A DNA stretch of 64,000 nt from Takakia lepidozioides (taxonomy: Eukaryota; Plantae; Bryophyta): assembly GCA_030704615.1 (NCBI GenBank), contig CM060731.1, forward strand, positions 6,944,001 through 7,008,000, in the 5' to 3' direction. Below, one piece after another: positions 22,451-36,428 of the stretch. A program made the position numbers and the translations under genes. The notes under the pieces were generated by a model. The model was not told the DNA's origin and did not search any database. It was given only the letters and a program-made list of their open reading frames with translations. How positions within the stretch are numbered: the stretch's first letter is position 1; every line of letters starts with the position of its first letter.

Positions 22451-25400
22451 GAGGCATTCCTGATCGTCACATGCCATGTTCTGAACTTTGTCCTCACCTG
22501 TGGCATCTTCTTCCACAATACTGCCCCATTTCCTTTGTCCACTGCCTCCACTGCTAGGAGGCTGCTCACCTGTACTTGTCATTTCCACAGTAGTCGCAGG
22601 TGGGACAACACCATGAACAGGGGGCGACAACTCACACACAATGTTTGATGTTGATGGAGATTCATCCCTCGGCAGGTCCAAACCGAGCTTCGCTGCCAAT
22701 GCCATGTTGAACTTGTCTGTTTTAGATACTGCAGCGGCAAACATGGATTTCACTACCTGCAATTCCAATTTGTGCTCCATTGAGCTGGCCTCCATTGTAT
22801 GTTTCCATCCTTCCAAGCCATCAAGCCGAGAACCCAATGCTCCAAGGCCCTGCCACAAAAAGAGTGCAAATACGATTCAATACATCTATTGCACTAGCCA
22901 TGCGAGGTAATTTATTGGACAACAACACAGGAAGGCAAAACCATAAATAATTGACAAGCACATCATTGCAACAAATGCAGGTGGGTTAGTTACTTACAGA
23001 TCGGGTGGCCCCTGCTGAATCAGAACCATACCCCTTGTTGCTATTCTTGCTCCCCGAAATTTCGGATAGAAGTGGAGGACGACCACTTGTCTTAGCCTAC
23101 ACATGGACAGGATATGGGAATATTAGTGCCATCCTCTAAGAGTAAGATACAAATGACAAGACACCTCACTACCTGAATATATTGGCAATGTCATGAGACA
23201 GGCAGATTTACCAGACGTTCCTCAACGCCGCTAAGGCCACTGCGTCCAGATCTCGAAGGGGCACCAACATGCCCCCGTGCATGCTTGCCATTATCACGAC
23301 TCTTTTGCCATTCGGGCGTGTTCCAATGCCTCACAAGTTTTGCCCAAGTCTTGTCCGCAACATAGTGGGGCTTAGGTTTGCCACGGGAGTACACTTTTCT
23401 AAACAGTTTGATGCGCTGGTATTTAATGACGCCTCCAATCTCAGTTCGAAGTTGGGCGCCAGTTATCCCAGGAGGTAAATATTCCCAATCATCTGCTAAT
23501 AGTTCACCCACCTCGTCAATCAGACTTTGAGGTTGAAGATGGATGGGCACAGAACAGTCCAACACACGTTGGCATTGCCCTCGCAGGGTTGCCAACCAGT
23601 CATTCCGTGCATCCCCGCATGGGCCCTTTTTGCCACACGCAACTATGAATCTCTTTTGCCCAGCAGCTACATTTGCACAAGACGTTTCCTTCAACCCTCT
23701 CCGTGCTACTCTCCTCGCCTTGCGCAAAAAATTGGCTCTGTCCTTGCCAGTCAAATGTTGCGCATCTGGAGTCATATTGGAATCACGGGCCTCCTCTCCT
23801 TCCTCACAACCTGCAACATGGGGCCCTTCGGGCGGACATGAACCCTGCCACGCACCAACGTGGGGTGTGGGGTGGGCAGGAACATAACCTGTGCTCGGAG
23901 CTGGTGAGCTTGGGAATTGAAGAGGCCGCGAAGCATTGCAATTGGGTGAAGCTATGGGCTGCCTGGAATAAGGGCCATGCAACGGCGCACTATACATGGG
24001 GCTTCTGGGATACGTTGCCTGGGGAGGATGCGCAGGTGGGGGAGGGTTGGGGTGAGGGTACCACACACCTTCGTGGTAGTGCCCATGCTGAACAGGAGCA
24101 TATTGTGCTTCCCCAGTTTGCAGAAATGCCCCACACGGAACTGCACATGACCAGTTCTCCCCTGACGGGCTGTTTGCATTGTACGACTGAGAAAAGGGCG
24201 GGTGAATTTCAGGGGCGGCTGGAACATGAGCAGTCTGTTGTTCATACTGTGCATACCTCTGAATGTCAGGGGGATAAAATGCACCAGTGTTACGTGGAAA
24301 GGAGGGAGGGCCTCCTCCATCCGGGGTTGGTTGAAGACGTGGGGAGGGATGGTTGAAGACACCTGCCGGAGCAACTCCCTTCTTCTTTCTCACTGGATCC
24401 TGCAAATCAACATGTGGGATAGAGTTATGTAGGAAGATAAAGCATGAACATCATGTAGGATACATCAACAAAAAACGCGCTCTATAATATACATACACTG
24501 AATGCAGCAGAAATCGCACCCAAAATGCATTTAGGTCTGATCCATTGAACACGCCAAACGTCACTGGGAAAGTCCTCCTTGTATGTTTCGACCCTCTTTC
24601 GGGGTTCTTTGGGGAATCCCTTGTAGGCACAATCTGGCCCCGATGACCATCGTACATATCAATGAGAGTACAATATGATAATGGCTGATAATGGCTTCAC
24701 ATATTATCAACATTTGACAATAGAGGGGGCAGGAAGATGGGGGAGGAAGAGTCGTGAGCGCCCCCTCTCGGACATGGCTGGCTGATGAGGCGGTTACCAT
24801 CGTGCTCCTGGGGGTTCCTCCTCTCCCACTACAATTTCTTTCTTGTTGCAACATGACACCACAATATGCAGCCCCCTACCTGTGTAGGTCCCTCCCTCCC
24901 ACAACCCCCTTTGCGCTTTTTGGGTATTAAGACAAGCCATCACAAGTTTGAACCTCCTGTGAGGGAGTCAGCAATCTGCAGAGTTGCATTTCTCATGGCA
25001 CAAAATGGAAAAATGTATAGAAGACTTTAATAACAGATTTGGGTTCCAAGGAATAGACAGTAGATAAACCCTTGTATCATGAGGTATAGAGGGCAAGAAA
25101 GTGGTGCTTCATCCTGCTAGTGGAAAATGGAAAAAACTGCTGGGACCAAAAGGAAAAACAAATAAGAAGATGCAAATCCTGCCACAAACCTAAGAAATCA
25201 GTACAGCAAATGCCCACTTACCTCTTGTGGAAGAGGAGCTGGCCGTTTTGGTGCCCTCGGAGCATGTGTTGCATTGGGAGGCTCGGTCAATCCACATGCA
25301 CCACCGATGTAGTTCTCCAAATCTGATACCTTGTCCACATCATCTCCATCCTCGTCCTCCTCTATGTCCTCGTGCATTTCCTCCTCCGAATCGTCGTCGT

Positions 25401-25961
25401 CATCTATGTTGTAATCCTCATCGAGCTCCTGATCACGCTCGTCGAGTTCCTCTGCCTCAGAGCCCACCGACTGGGGAGTCTCGGGCTCTTCCTCCGCCAT
25501 CGAAGGTAATGCTAGTTCTTTCAAGCGCCCACTTTGTCGAGGAGGCCCGTTCCACACAACTTTGGAGCTCCTAGTCGGCCGTTGTACACTCCTAGCTATG
25601 TTGCGCACACATTTCCAAAACCCTGTGTGAATCTTGCCCTAAACAAAAGGCGATCGTGAAAGTGCCATCACCATGAAACCTATGGGAGGGAAAAGCAGTA
25701 GGCTAATGTGGTGGGAAACCCCTACTCACTACCTGTGTAGCATGCATACTAAGGACAAGGGTGATCTGCTCACCTGCGCGCAACGCTCCCAATGTTCAGC
25801 TGAGCCAACGTCTCCTTGTTGGCCGCTATGCGCCTCTCTCGCTCTTCCTCGTAGGCAGTGCGTGGAGGGGTGTCGGGTGTAGAGGCCTTGCGTGTCCGTG
25901 CCATGGCGGGTTCCTCCTCGTCGCTCAAATTGCAGTAATCGACCTCAAACAAGACTACCAT
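22451..25961 (-). pseudogene. 5' part of CACTA TnpA-like gene (Transposase_24/Ptta-like domain), multi-exon
   Basis: N-terminal YEEERERRIAANKETL motif, acidic exon (25600-25222), and PHYVADKTWAKLVRHWNTPEWQKSRDNGKHARGHVGAPSRSGRSG typical of En/Spm TnpA. Confidence 0.75.
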
Positions 25962-26130
25962 GATCTACTGATCAAACAATAGAAGGAGCGCATGTAGGAA
26001 ACAGAGGGGAGGTGGACCCGCCATACGAATACTCCAACGCCTGCAAGCACAAACGTAGGTTCCCCACATCTGAGCACTTGCTGACTTCCCACTTCAAAAA
26101 CTAGCCAAACCCAGAAGCGTTTCATGGAGG

Positions 26131-29100
26131 ATGAGAGAGGCCGGAACTAGAAACACCCGGCGCCGCACTGCGGTGCCCCACACTGACGCAGGACTTTGGC
26201 AAATCGAGGAACGACGTGCAACTAGACTGGGTATTTCAAAGATAATGTGTCCCTGCAATGACTGCCATGGGGGTCGACTCCAATTCGTGGAAACTGCCAA
26301 ATTGCATTTGCTTGCCAACGACCGGGATCCACTGTTGGGTTATCCCATGGTGAGTGACGTGCATCTCTCGCCTCACTTCTCGCAGACATAACTTAGGATG
26401 AAGCCCTTAGAATGGTAATGTTGAACGGCCCTCCACTGTACATGTACGGTGGACTACTGTATGGAAACTAGCACGGTCAATTTGGAGATTCCCTGTTTTA
26501 TGCAACACGTTACATTTTGGACAAGACTATACTCTTATAGTTTGCAGGTGAACATGCAGGTGGAGAGTGTCGACTCCGAAGACAAAGACTTTGTGGAAGA
26601 ACGTAGCCCCCCTGAGGATGATGTGGAAAGACAGATTAGCCATGTTCCTGTTCGTGGTGGAGAGAATCTAGACCCCGACGTCGACATCATTCGCATGTTG
26701 CAGGAAACATTTGCAGTTGCAGATAATGTGCAAAGCACCATTAATGAGGATGAAGGGCTTGGAGAAGACGAGCGCCATCATGATGGACAAAGTCATGGGG
26801 ATGGGGATGACGGTGCTGCTTTCCAATTTCAGCATCAAGCAACCACACCTCTGTATGTTGGCTGCCCCACCAGCTGCTTGAGTGCGACGTTGCTTTTGCT
26901 CAATGTTAGTGCTACTCATGGTGTCACAAACGCAGCGATGGATGAGCTTCTGAAACTTTTTCACGGACATCTATTGCCTAAAGGGAACTTTTTGCCCAAA
27001 TCTCATTACGAAGCGAAGAAACTTATAACAAAAGTTGGGCTTAATTACGATAGCATCCATGCTTGTGAGAAGGGATGTGTGCTATACAGGGGAGATCTGC
27101 AGGATGCACCATCTTGCCCTAAATGTGGGGCGCCTCGGTACATCCCTGGCATGAAGACGTTGGTTCCACAGAAGGTCTTGCGGCATTTCCCCTTGATTCC
27201 CCGGCTGCAGCGCATGTACAAGTGCAAGGAGATATCTAAGCTTATGGTGTGGCACATGGAGAACCAAAGTCAAGCCTCGCAACTTGCGACTAGGTCTGGC
27301 ATGGGATGGTATCAATCCCTTTGGTGATAAATCAACAAAATGGTCTACGTGGCCAGTCTTGCTCATGAACTACAACCTTCCTCCTTGGCTGAGCACAAAG
27401 CCTTTTTTTATGATGTTGACACTCTTAATTCCAGGGCCGACATCCGTGAAGAAGACCAATGCGGATGTGTTCTTGCAGCCTCTGGTGGATGAGCTGACCG
27501 TGTTGTGGGAAGGTGTTAGGGCTAATGATGCATCTGGCAATGAAGGATCAAGGACCTTTGTCATGAGAGCCATTCTGATGTGGTCAGTACATGACTATCC
27601 TGCATATGCCATGCTAGCAGGGTGTGCAGTTGGGGGCTACAAGGCTTGTCCCGTGTGCGGGCCCAATCTTGATGCCAGGCACTCCAGTGCACTGAGCAAA
27701 ATGGTGTACCAGGGGCACAGAAAATTCTTACCAGCAGGCCATCCATATAGACGCAATCGCAACCACTTCAATGGAGCCTCCGATCACAGACCCCCCCCCC
27801 CCCAAGTATCCACTGTGGATCAGCTCCAAAATGCGGAGGAAAACGAGAGGTTCATGGAAACATTTGGCAGCCGTCGCCGGAATGTGTGCCCTGCCAAATC
27901 CCATGGCATGAAGCGAAGGTCGATCCTTTGGAACCTGCCATATTGGAAGGTGGGTATGTCTTCATTGTTTGTTTGTCGGCAGGGCTGATTTCATAGTTGC
28001 ATGGATACAGTTGTAAGGATCATCACACACGACTTAGATTTCAGCCTAATGCAAATTGCATGAAGCAAGTTTGGAGTCGCCTATGTATGGCACATGTAGC
28101 AGCAATATGGTTGTTTCCATGAAAATGTCTGGCTTTTGTCTCTCTGGATACTGTCTGCAGCATGCAAGGCTGGTTTCTTCCTTTTCCCATTATTAAGATG
28201 TCATCTCTTGGCTTTACCATCAAAGTATACCATATTGATGGTGGTTCCATGATTGCAGGATTTGTTGATACGGTATACCTTGATGTTATGCACTGTGAAA
28301 AAAACATTTCTGAAAACATATTGCGCACCATATTGGGGGAAAAGGACACAGTAAAGAGCAGGAAGGACATGGAGAATGAGGGCATACGACCTCACTTATG
28401 GTTAAAACCCCACCCCGGAGATGGCAGGAAGTTGGTGAAGCCGCAGGCTCCTTACGTGTTGAATCGACAGGAAACTACTACCTTCTATGCAACTTTGGGT
28501 GCTCTAAAGACACCGACAGGGTATGGTGCTTCATTTAAGAAGCATATTGCTAAGAACAAGCTTTCACACATGAAGAGTCATCTACTGATGCAACAAGTTC
28601 TACCTTTGTGCATTCGAGGTTTGCTGGGCAAAGGTCCAAGGCTCGCAATCATGAAGCTATCTCGTGTATTTCGCGCATTGTGCATGAAAACAGTGGATCC
28701 CGAGGAACTACCAGCCCTGAAGGAGGATGTGGTTGTAACGCTTTGTTTGTTGGAGAAAGAGTTTCCCCCCTCATTCTTCGATCTCATGACCCACCTTGTG
28801 CTACACCTTGTGAATGAATTGGAGGTTTGTGGTCCTGTTAGTTCGCGTTGGATGTACCCCATCGAGAGGTACATGAAAAATTTGAAGGGATATGTGAAGA
28901 GCTATGCCCGGCCAGAAGGTTGCATGGCCAGGAGGTATTCTCTTGATGAGGCTCTTGGCCTCCTCACAGAGTACATGGCTGCATTTCCAGGAACTCGTAG
29001 AAGGGTCTGGGATTGCAACGAAGAAGAAAGTGTTGCGGGAGAAGTATTAGAGGGCTTTGGAACTCCAAGGAAACTGTCGGCTGAGCTTGGGCTAGTGCAC

Positions 29101-30132
29101 ACGACTATGTGCTTCACAACACGGCGTGCATGAGACCGTTTCTGAGGTAAGTATACATCATTTATTTGGCTTCACATGCTAACTTGGGGGCCATTTCCGG
29201 ACACAAAATTGGCGCATTCTCAATTTTCACTCAGCCTCTTTGTACATACTATGGTCCTGACTAAGTGTGAATTGAGTATGACCAGACTTTATGATATTGA
29301 GAAGGCCACCATAGAATCAGCCAGAGCCGAATTTCGAGCCACATACACCACCCAAGGGAGAAATGCACACCAACACACCGTTCCATACCCCGAAAACATG
29401 TTGCCTTTGCCTGCTTTTCATATGTGGATACAGTCGGCAGTACAAAATGTTGTTTCAAGAGGAGCAGCGTATGATGCAAATATTTGTCATCTGTGTAAGC
29501 CACCAGGGTTTGTTGCTCGTTCATTTCGGTCTATGTGGGCATACGGAAATCACTACAGAGTGGTGGAAACAGGTGTGGTTGATTACCATGTCACATTCGA
29601 CTCTGGGGTTGCACAGATTTTTGCCGAAGAGTCAACGGGAAGGGGTGTGGATGGTAACCCTGTCATGAACCAGCTGCAATATGTTGGTGTTGTTCGTGAA
29701 ATTTTACAGCTTCAGTGTGGTGCTGTCACTCCTGTAGTATTCATATGTGAATGGGTCAGAGCAAGCTTGACAGGTCGCAACCGCACCATGAAGAAGGATG
29801 AGTATGGTTTCCTACAGCCCTCCAACGCTGGTAACTGGAAAGTAGTACTTCAGAAGGAGCCGCGCTCACGGCGCGTGGTACATGATGTCACTGGTGTCAG
29901 CTTGGGTGAGAATGAGTCATGCGTAAGGATGCAAGTGGCGGAGGCATTGGAGGATGTGAATCCCAACACAGAATTTGGACCTTCAACGACCCTTACCGAA
30001 GCTGAGATGGCTACTATTGCTATGATGAGGCCCCCACGAAGGGACGAACCATGGCACCGAGATAGTGAGGATTGCAACATTGACCATGAGTGTAGTGAAA
30101 GTAGTAGCGATGAAGATGACTACATCTGGTAA
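26131..30132 (+). pseudogene. CACTA TnpD/Tnp2 transposase (transposase-associated CPC-x2-C, Transposase_21, DUF4218- and DUF4216-like regions), decayed
   Basis: IMCPCNDC; HACEKGCVLY...CPKCGAPRY; LRHFPLIPRLQRMY; RLGLAWDGINPFG; HDYPAY; LDVMHCEKN; RWMYPIERYMKNLKGYV; FICEWV. Internal deletions/frameshifts at ~27270, ~28580, ~29090 and ~29815. Confidence 0.93.
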
Positions 30133-32421
30133 AAGGACAATAGCGTCATGTTGACATTTTAACTGACACACTGAGTGACATTTTCAGTTCCAAATCACTG
30201 GACACCCTGTGCTTCAGCCACTGGCCTGGTAAAATGACATATGCATTGTATGAGGCTTTGAGTGGCACACTGAGGCGCATTTTGAGTCCCAAATCAGCGG
30301 ACATCGTGTGCTGCAACATCCACTTGTTGCGGTTATTTTCTCTGTGAATGTAGCAGCGAGGAAGATGATTCCTGGTAAAAGGGCAATAGCGTCATGTTGG
30401 CATTTTGGGTTGCTTCAGTTGTTACTCCACCTCTCTACTATCTCCCCCCCTGCCCACATCCTTTCCTTACTTACTCTCTAGCTACGAACTGAATTATGAT
30501 GCCTCTGCTCCTCCCTCCCCCTCTCTATTTTCCCTGTGTTCAGATTGTGGGGGTTGGGTGCAATGTGTTGGGGATGTACTTCTTTATAATGTTTGTTCTG
30601 GTTTGGTGCAGTCGGGGGACAATCTGCACAACAAGTCACATGTTGGATCTGATGGGCATTGCAACTGTGGATGCTGATTCACATGTCTTCCCCACTAATG
30701 GGACCCCTCTGTTCATGCTTGGGATTTGGCAAGTTCGTAAACCCCCACTTTTTTGACTGTGTGCTTGCAGGTCACATGGGCAGAGCCATGCATGGGGCAG
30801 AGCCATTCAGTTGGCTACAGGTTCAATTCCTCCGCACATGACAGTATGTGGCCCTATTTATGATGGCTTTGACTTACTCATAGAGAGGGCTCGTTCCACG
30901 GTTTCTCTATTTTTTGGCTTGTTTAAAAACCCTCACTGTGACAGGGATGAGGCTTCTATCATTGCTCAATTTAGAGGCGATGTGATGGTGGAGGAGAATG
31001 TTCATGAATCACAAGAAGGTATGTGGCACCTCGGAACCCATGAATTCAAAATCATGGAGATTCCAGATTCATATATAGCCAAAGTTGATCTTTTGCTTTG
31101 TGATTTCTCTCTGTTTCTCATGTTTGTGAGATTCGGTGCTTCATCCCTCTGCATGTACCACCCTGCTTTGTCATGATTGCGAGTTGGAATTGTAGAGATG
31201 ACCTTTCTTTGAAAAACATACATACTTTGTATGGGGGGCTTGAGGTGAGCAATCCAAAGACCATTATGTGTTACAGACACCAATTACCAGTCCACATTAT
31301 GGGTGTGTACTTTGCATGGATTTGCAACCCCCCACATTATTTGGTCATTCTGAAAATAAAACTCTTTCTTGCTAGAGCTGGAAGCTCATGGGCGCTATGC
31401 CTTCAACCATCTAGATGTGCTGTTATTTGTTCTGAATGTGGACATCACCACATGTGCACTTGTAATTTTACCGCCCATTACCAAGTTGTTGCACCACACA
31501 TGAAACAAAAGTATTACAGATTCATAAGTAGTATGGTTGAAAGGTCTGAGAAGTGGATAACAAGAGGCAAGCTGAAGGTCGTACAGGGGACACTCAGTTT
31601 TTGACAGGAGAGGCCAGTTAAGTACATAAACTTGAGGCAAAACCCAAAAGGATAATGTACGCAGGCTGAAATGTGGATAGTCTCTGCATTGCTACTGCTT
31701 CACCCCCAAACCATCACACCGTCACAAGTACCAACGCTGAAAATTGAAGCAAAAACGTCATGCATGAGACGATTGCGGGAAGCTACAGTGCATGAATCTA
31801 CATTGCAGTGTATGTCAATGATACTATGTATATCCTCGCTCACCTCGATCCATGATCACCATGACATCGTGCTCATCCAAGAGGGCATGGAAGGCCAGTC
31901 AATGTGTACCACAGGGAGTAATCGTGGAGCAACGGGTACTTCTTGCCAACAGATCGGAGCCTCTTATTGCAATTTGCAAGGCACCAAAAGTAGGCCACAT
32001 GCTCCTTCTTGTGTATGTTCCCATTTCTTGTGTTTTTTGTTAATTGTATGTTCCCATTTCACACAGGTGTGTAACATGCCATGTAAACTAAGCCAACCCC
32101 TGCCACGCTCATGGCTGTTTTCACACCGTTCTTGCCTGGGGTGTGGACCACATGTGAGACACCCCACAGTTAGGGCATATTTAGACCCACACCTTGGCTT
32201 AGTGTACAGACCCGTGATAAAAGCCGTGGAATGTGCCAGGTGTGAGATGGTAGAGCCGTGGAAAAAGCCGTTTTTTCTTCTAGTGTGATTTGGTATTCTT
32301 TCTGATGTTTACAAGGTTCTTGGGAGAGTCAGCTTGGTCTTAGCAGGCCGCGTTTCAATCTCTGCCCGCTCAGCTGCACTGTGGTGAATGTCCGCTGGAA
32401 GCAGATGCAAGTCAGCATAAG

Positions 32422-35400
32422 GACTAGTGTGATAAGTAGGGTTGGGTTGTTTGCTGGAACAATTCTAGGCTGTCGTTGTCAGCTGCTAGCAGCAAAGCAA
32501 GGATATTATATGCATGATTTGTGCAGAGGCATGGATAGCTGAAGGAGCAGGGATAGAGTGTGGGTCCAGATTCATCCAAGAGGGCCGGATTTCAAGCTCC
32601 AGATCACCTATGCACTGCTACTCAAGGCACCTTCTTCAACACATTTCACCCTGTTTTTCCCTCTTATCAAAATCGGCCCTAAATTGGTGAGGGCACCATT
32701 TTCTTCAACCTATTTCAGTCTGTTTTGCCCTCTCATCATTAGGGTTGGGGTGTTTGCTGGAAGAGGGCCGGATTTCAAGCACAAGAATACCTATGATTCC
32801 CTGTGGATCCATTGCTACAAGAAAGCTGCATGGGTAGATGGTGAACTAGAAGCCGCAGCAGCACAATTGATAAAATTAGGCACTGCTAATGAAGACAACC
32901 TTCTTCGACACATTTCACCCTGTTTTTCCTTCTTATCAAAATCGGCCCTATATTTTCATGTTGAATTTCTGTAAGTTACTGGTTGAGTGAACCTTTGATA
33001 GTTTGCAATGCGTGTGCAAGCCTGGCAACTCTGGAGAAGGGCTAAGAGGTCCATGGCGACATTGTCAGAGCTGCAATTGTACCACATGTCATTCTGAACA
33101 ATAGCCTTGTGGACATGTATGAAGGGAGTGTTCGACAGTATGGCTGAACAAGATGTGGGTGTCGTGGAGTGCGACGATTGCAGGATATGCACAACAAGGG
33201 CGTGGGATGGAGGCTTTTGAGAACTATGAGCAAATGATGTGCGAAGGGGTGAAGCCCAACCACATCACATTTGCTTGTGTTTGCAATGCGTGTGCAAACC
33301 TAGGAGCTCTAGGAAAGGGGAAAGAGGTCCATGGTGACATCGTCAAAGCTGGAATTGTACCAGATGTCCTCCTAAACTGACATGTTTGCCAAATGTGGGT
33401 GCATTCAGGATGCGGAGGGAGTATTCCACACTCTGGCTGAACGAGATGTGGTGTCGTAGAACGTGATGCATGTAGGGTATGCACAACAGGGGCACGGGAT
33501 GGAGGCTTTGGCGACCTATGAGCAAATGATGTGGGAAGGGTGAAGCCTGACCACATCAGGTTTGTGTGCGTTTGCAGTGCGTGTGCAATTCTGGCAGCCC
33601 TGGAAAAGGACAAAGAGGTGCATGGTTGCATCGCCAAAGCTGGAATTGTACCAGATGTGATTCCCGTGGATCAATAGCTACAAGAAACCTGCATGGGTAG
33701 ATGGTCAACTAAAGGCTGCAGCTGCAGCGGCACAGTTGATAAAACCAGGCACCTCAACCATGACCACAACTTCTGAAAGAGGATTGTCCCATTCTCCTTT
33801 TGGTTCTGCAACTATTCTCTACTTCAACGTTTCGATTATATGTCCCACTAGCTGGTTGCATTGCAGGCAATGTAGATCCCAGTGCTCTCGTATGCCAAAT
33901 TGTGCACATGTGAGTTTCGTGGGTATTTGGTTTGGGTTGATATATCCCTCCCGTATCGCAGTTCCTGACTTAGGTGATAGGAGCTCCTCCACATCTTCAT
34001 ATTTTTTTGTCACGGAATGCAGCAATCGCAATCGTAGCTCAGTCATAACTGCTACACCCCATACACTCTTCCTTTCATTTTGGGTTTTGCTTACACTTGA
34101 CATTTCATGGGCTTGTTCTTCGGTGCTCAGCGAGCATTTTCCTCCTCCGTTGTTTCCAATCGCATCACCGCTAACAGGGTATGGTCTTAACTGTTTACCC
34201 GTGTGATCTGCTCTCATGTAATCAACCTCTTCACTGACCAGTGAGTAATGCCCCTGGTGTTCATGCTCACTTCCAGGTAAGTCTTCTTCCTTACCTTTGT
34301 TACCTCCCTTGTTTTCCTTCTTTTCAGGCGGACTTTGCCCATCAGTTTTTACCAAGTTCTGCCCTTGTCTCTCAGCCCCGTGATTTGCCCGTGTTTGTAT
34401 AACCCCAACCAAAGGCAACCTTTCACTGGCCTGATTGTTAGCAGCAGCTGATTGTGGTCTTCTTGGCAGGGTTTCCCACAAGCTCCCCTCTCTTTCATGC
34501 AGCCAGTTCTTAATCCTGCCTCTCCACTTTTCACAAGTGAAGTGCCTATTCTCTCTTTCTTCATACTCCAGCCACTCAGGTAACCTTTCTCCATTGGCTT
34601 GCTGCTCCCACACTTCCAGGACTTGTTTATTTTTCTCCAGCCATTGCCCTCATGCTGGACAAGGTCCACAATGCCTCTTCTGGCTGCACTTCTGGGCATG
34701 TGAAGATGCTTTGCGGCAGGCAGACTGATAGAGGCTCTACAGACTTTAAGCCAAAGAGGCATTTCAGCAGATTCAGGTACATATGTCTATCTCTTGCTTA
34801 AGTGCATCAAGATGGAAGGTCTGGAAGCTGGAAAGCTAGTGCACACTCACATTATCCAAAGTGGATTCACGCCAATGTTTTTCTACTCAACACCTTTGTC
34901 TCCATGTATGTTAAGTGCGGGAGCATCATGGATGCTCACCAAGTGTTTGTTTCTGTTTGCAATGCGTGTGCACACATGGGAGCTCTGGAAAAGGGGAAAG
35001 AGGTCCATGGTGACATCGTCAAAGTTGGAATTGTACAAGATGTCATTCTGAACACTGCCCTGGTGGACATGTATGCCAAATGTGGGTGCATTAAGGATGG
35101 GAAGGGAGTTTCCAACACTATGGCTGAACATTTTGTGGTGTCGTGGAACGCGATGCTTGCAGGGTATGCACAACAAGGACATGGTATGGAGGCTTTGGAG
35201 ACCTATGATCAAATGATAGGGGAAAGGGTGAAGCCCACTGACCACATCACGTTTGTGTGCATTTGCAAGCCTGGCAGCCCTGGAAAATGGCAAAGAGGTC
35301 CATGGTGACATTTTCAGAGCTGGATTGCACCCGATGTCATTTTGAACTATACCCTGGTGGATATGTATGCAAAATGTGGGTGCATCGAGGATGCAAAGGG

Positions 35401-36325
35401 AGTGTTCGACAGTATGGCTGAACAAGATATGGTGTCATGTGATGCCATGCTTGCAGGAGATGCAGAGTAGGGGCGCGGGATGGAGACCTTGGAGACCTAT
35501 GAGCAAATGATGGGGGAAGGGGTGAAGTGTAACCAGATCACGTTTGTGTGTGTTTGCAATGCTTGTGCAAGCCTGGCAACCCTGGAAAAGGGCAAAGAGA
35601 TCCATGGTGACATCATTAAATCTGGAATTACACTTGATGTCATTCTGAACACTGCCCTGGTAGACATGTATGCCAAATGTGGGTGCATTGAGGATGCAAA
35701 GGGAGTGTTTGACAGTATGGCTGAACGACATGTGGTGTTGTGGAGTGTGATGATTGCAGGATATGCACAGCAAGGGCGCGGGATGGAGGTTTTGGAGACC
35801 TAGAAGCAAATGCCGAGGATAAGCTGTGGATTGAATACTTTTCTAACCCAGTCAATGGTGGGACAATCGAGGCAAGAAGGTGAACGCCTGTTGGATTATA
35901 GAGAGTAGCAGATGCAATTGAGCATAGGAACTAGTGTGATAAGTAGGGTTGGGGTGTTTGCTGGAACAATTCTAGGTTGTCATCGCTAGCAGCAAGGCGA
36001 GGATGTATGCATGATTTGTGTAGAGGCATGGATAGCTGAAGGAGCAGGGATAGAGTGTGGGTCCAGATTCATCCAAGAGGGCTGAATTTCATGCTCTAGA
36101 TTACCAATGATTCCCTGTGGAAAGATAGCTACAAGAAACCTGCATGGACATATGGTCAACTGGAAACCGCAGCAGCAACGACACAATTGATCAAATCAGG
36201 CACTATTAATCAAGGCACCTTCTTCAACACATTTCACCCTGTTTTTCCCTCTTATCAGAATCGGCCCTCAATTTTCATGTTGAATTTTGCAAGTTAGCTG
36301 GTTGAGTGAACCTTTGATAGTTTGG
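32422..36325 (+). repeat. Direct repeats (~32422-33005 and ~35928-36325, partial third copy ~33660-33760) flanking the PPR fragments
   Basis: Shared actagtgtgataagtagggttggg...gatagagtgtgggtccagattcatccaagagggc...tggttgagtgaacctttgatagtttg. Confidence 0.88.
32990..35810 (+). pseudogene. PLS-class pentatricopeptide repeat (PPR) gene fragments
   Basis: Repeated VVSWNAMLAGYAQQGHGMEALE..YEQM..EGVKP.HITFVCVCNACA.L..LEKGKEVHGDI...DVILNTALVDMYAKCGCIEDA.GVFD.M motifs with many stops and frameshifts. Confidence 0.92.
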
Positions 36326-36428
36326 ACTGACTTTGACATGAAACTGCCAATGTGACAACATGAAAGTATCCAGAAACAGGTAACAAAGACTAGGAGAAGC
36401 TGTGGAACAATGGTGGGACGATCAAGGT

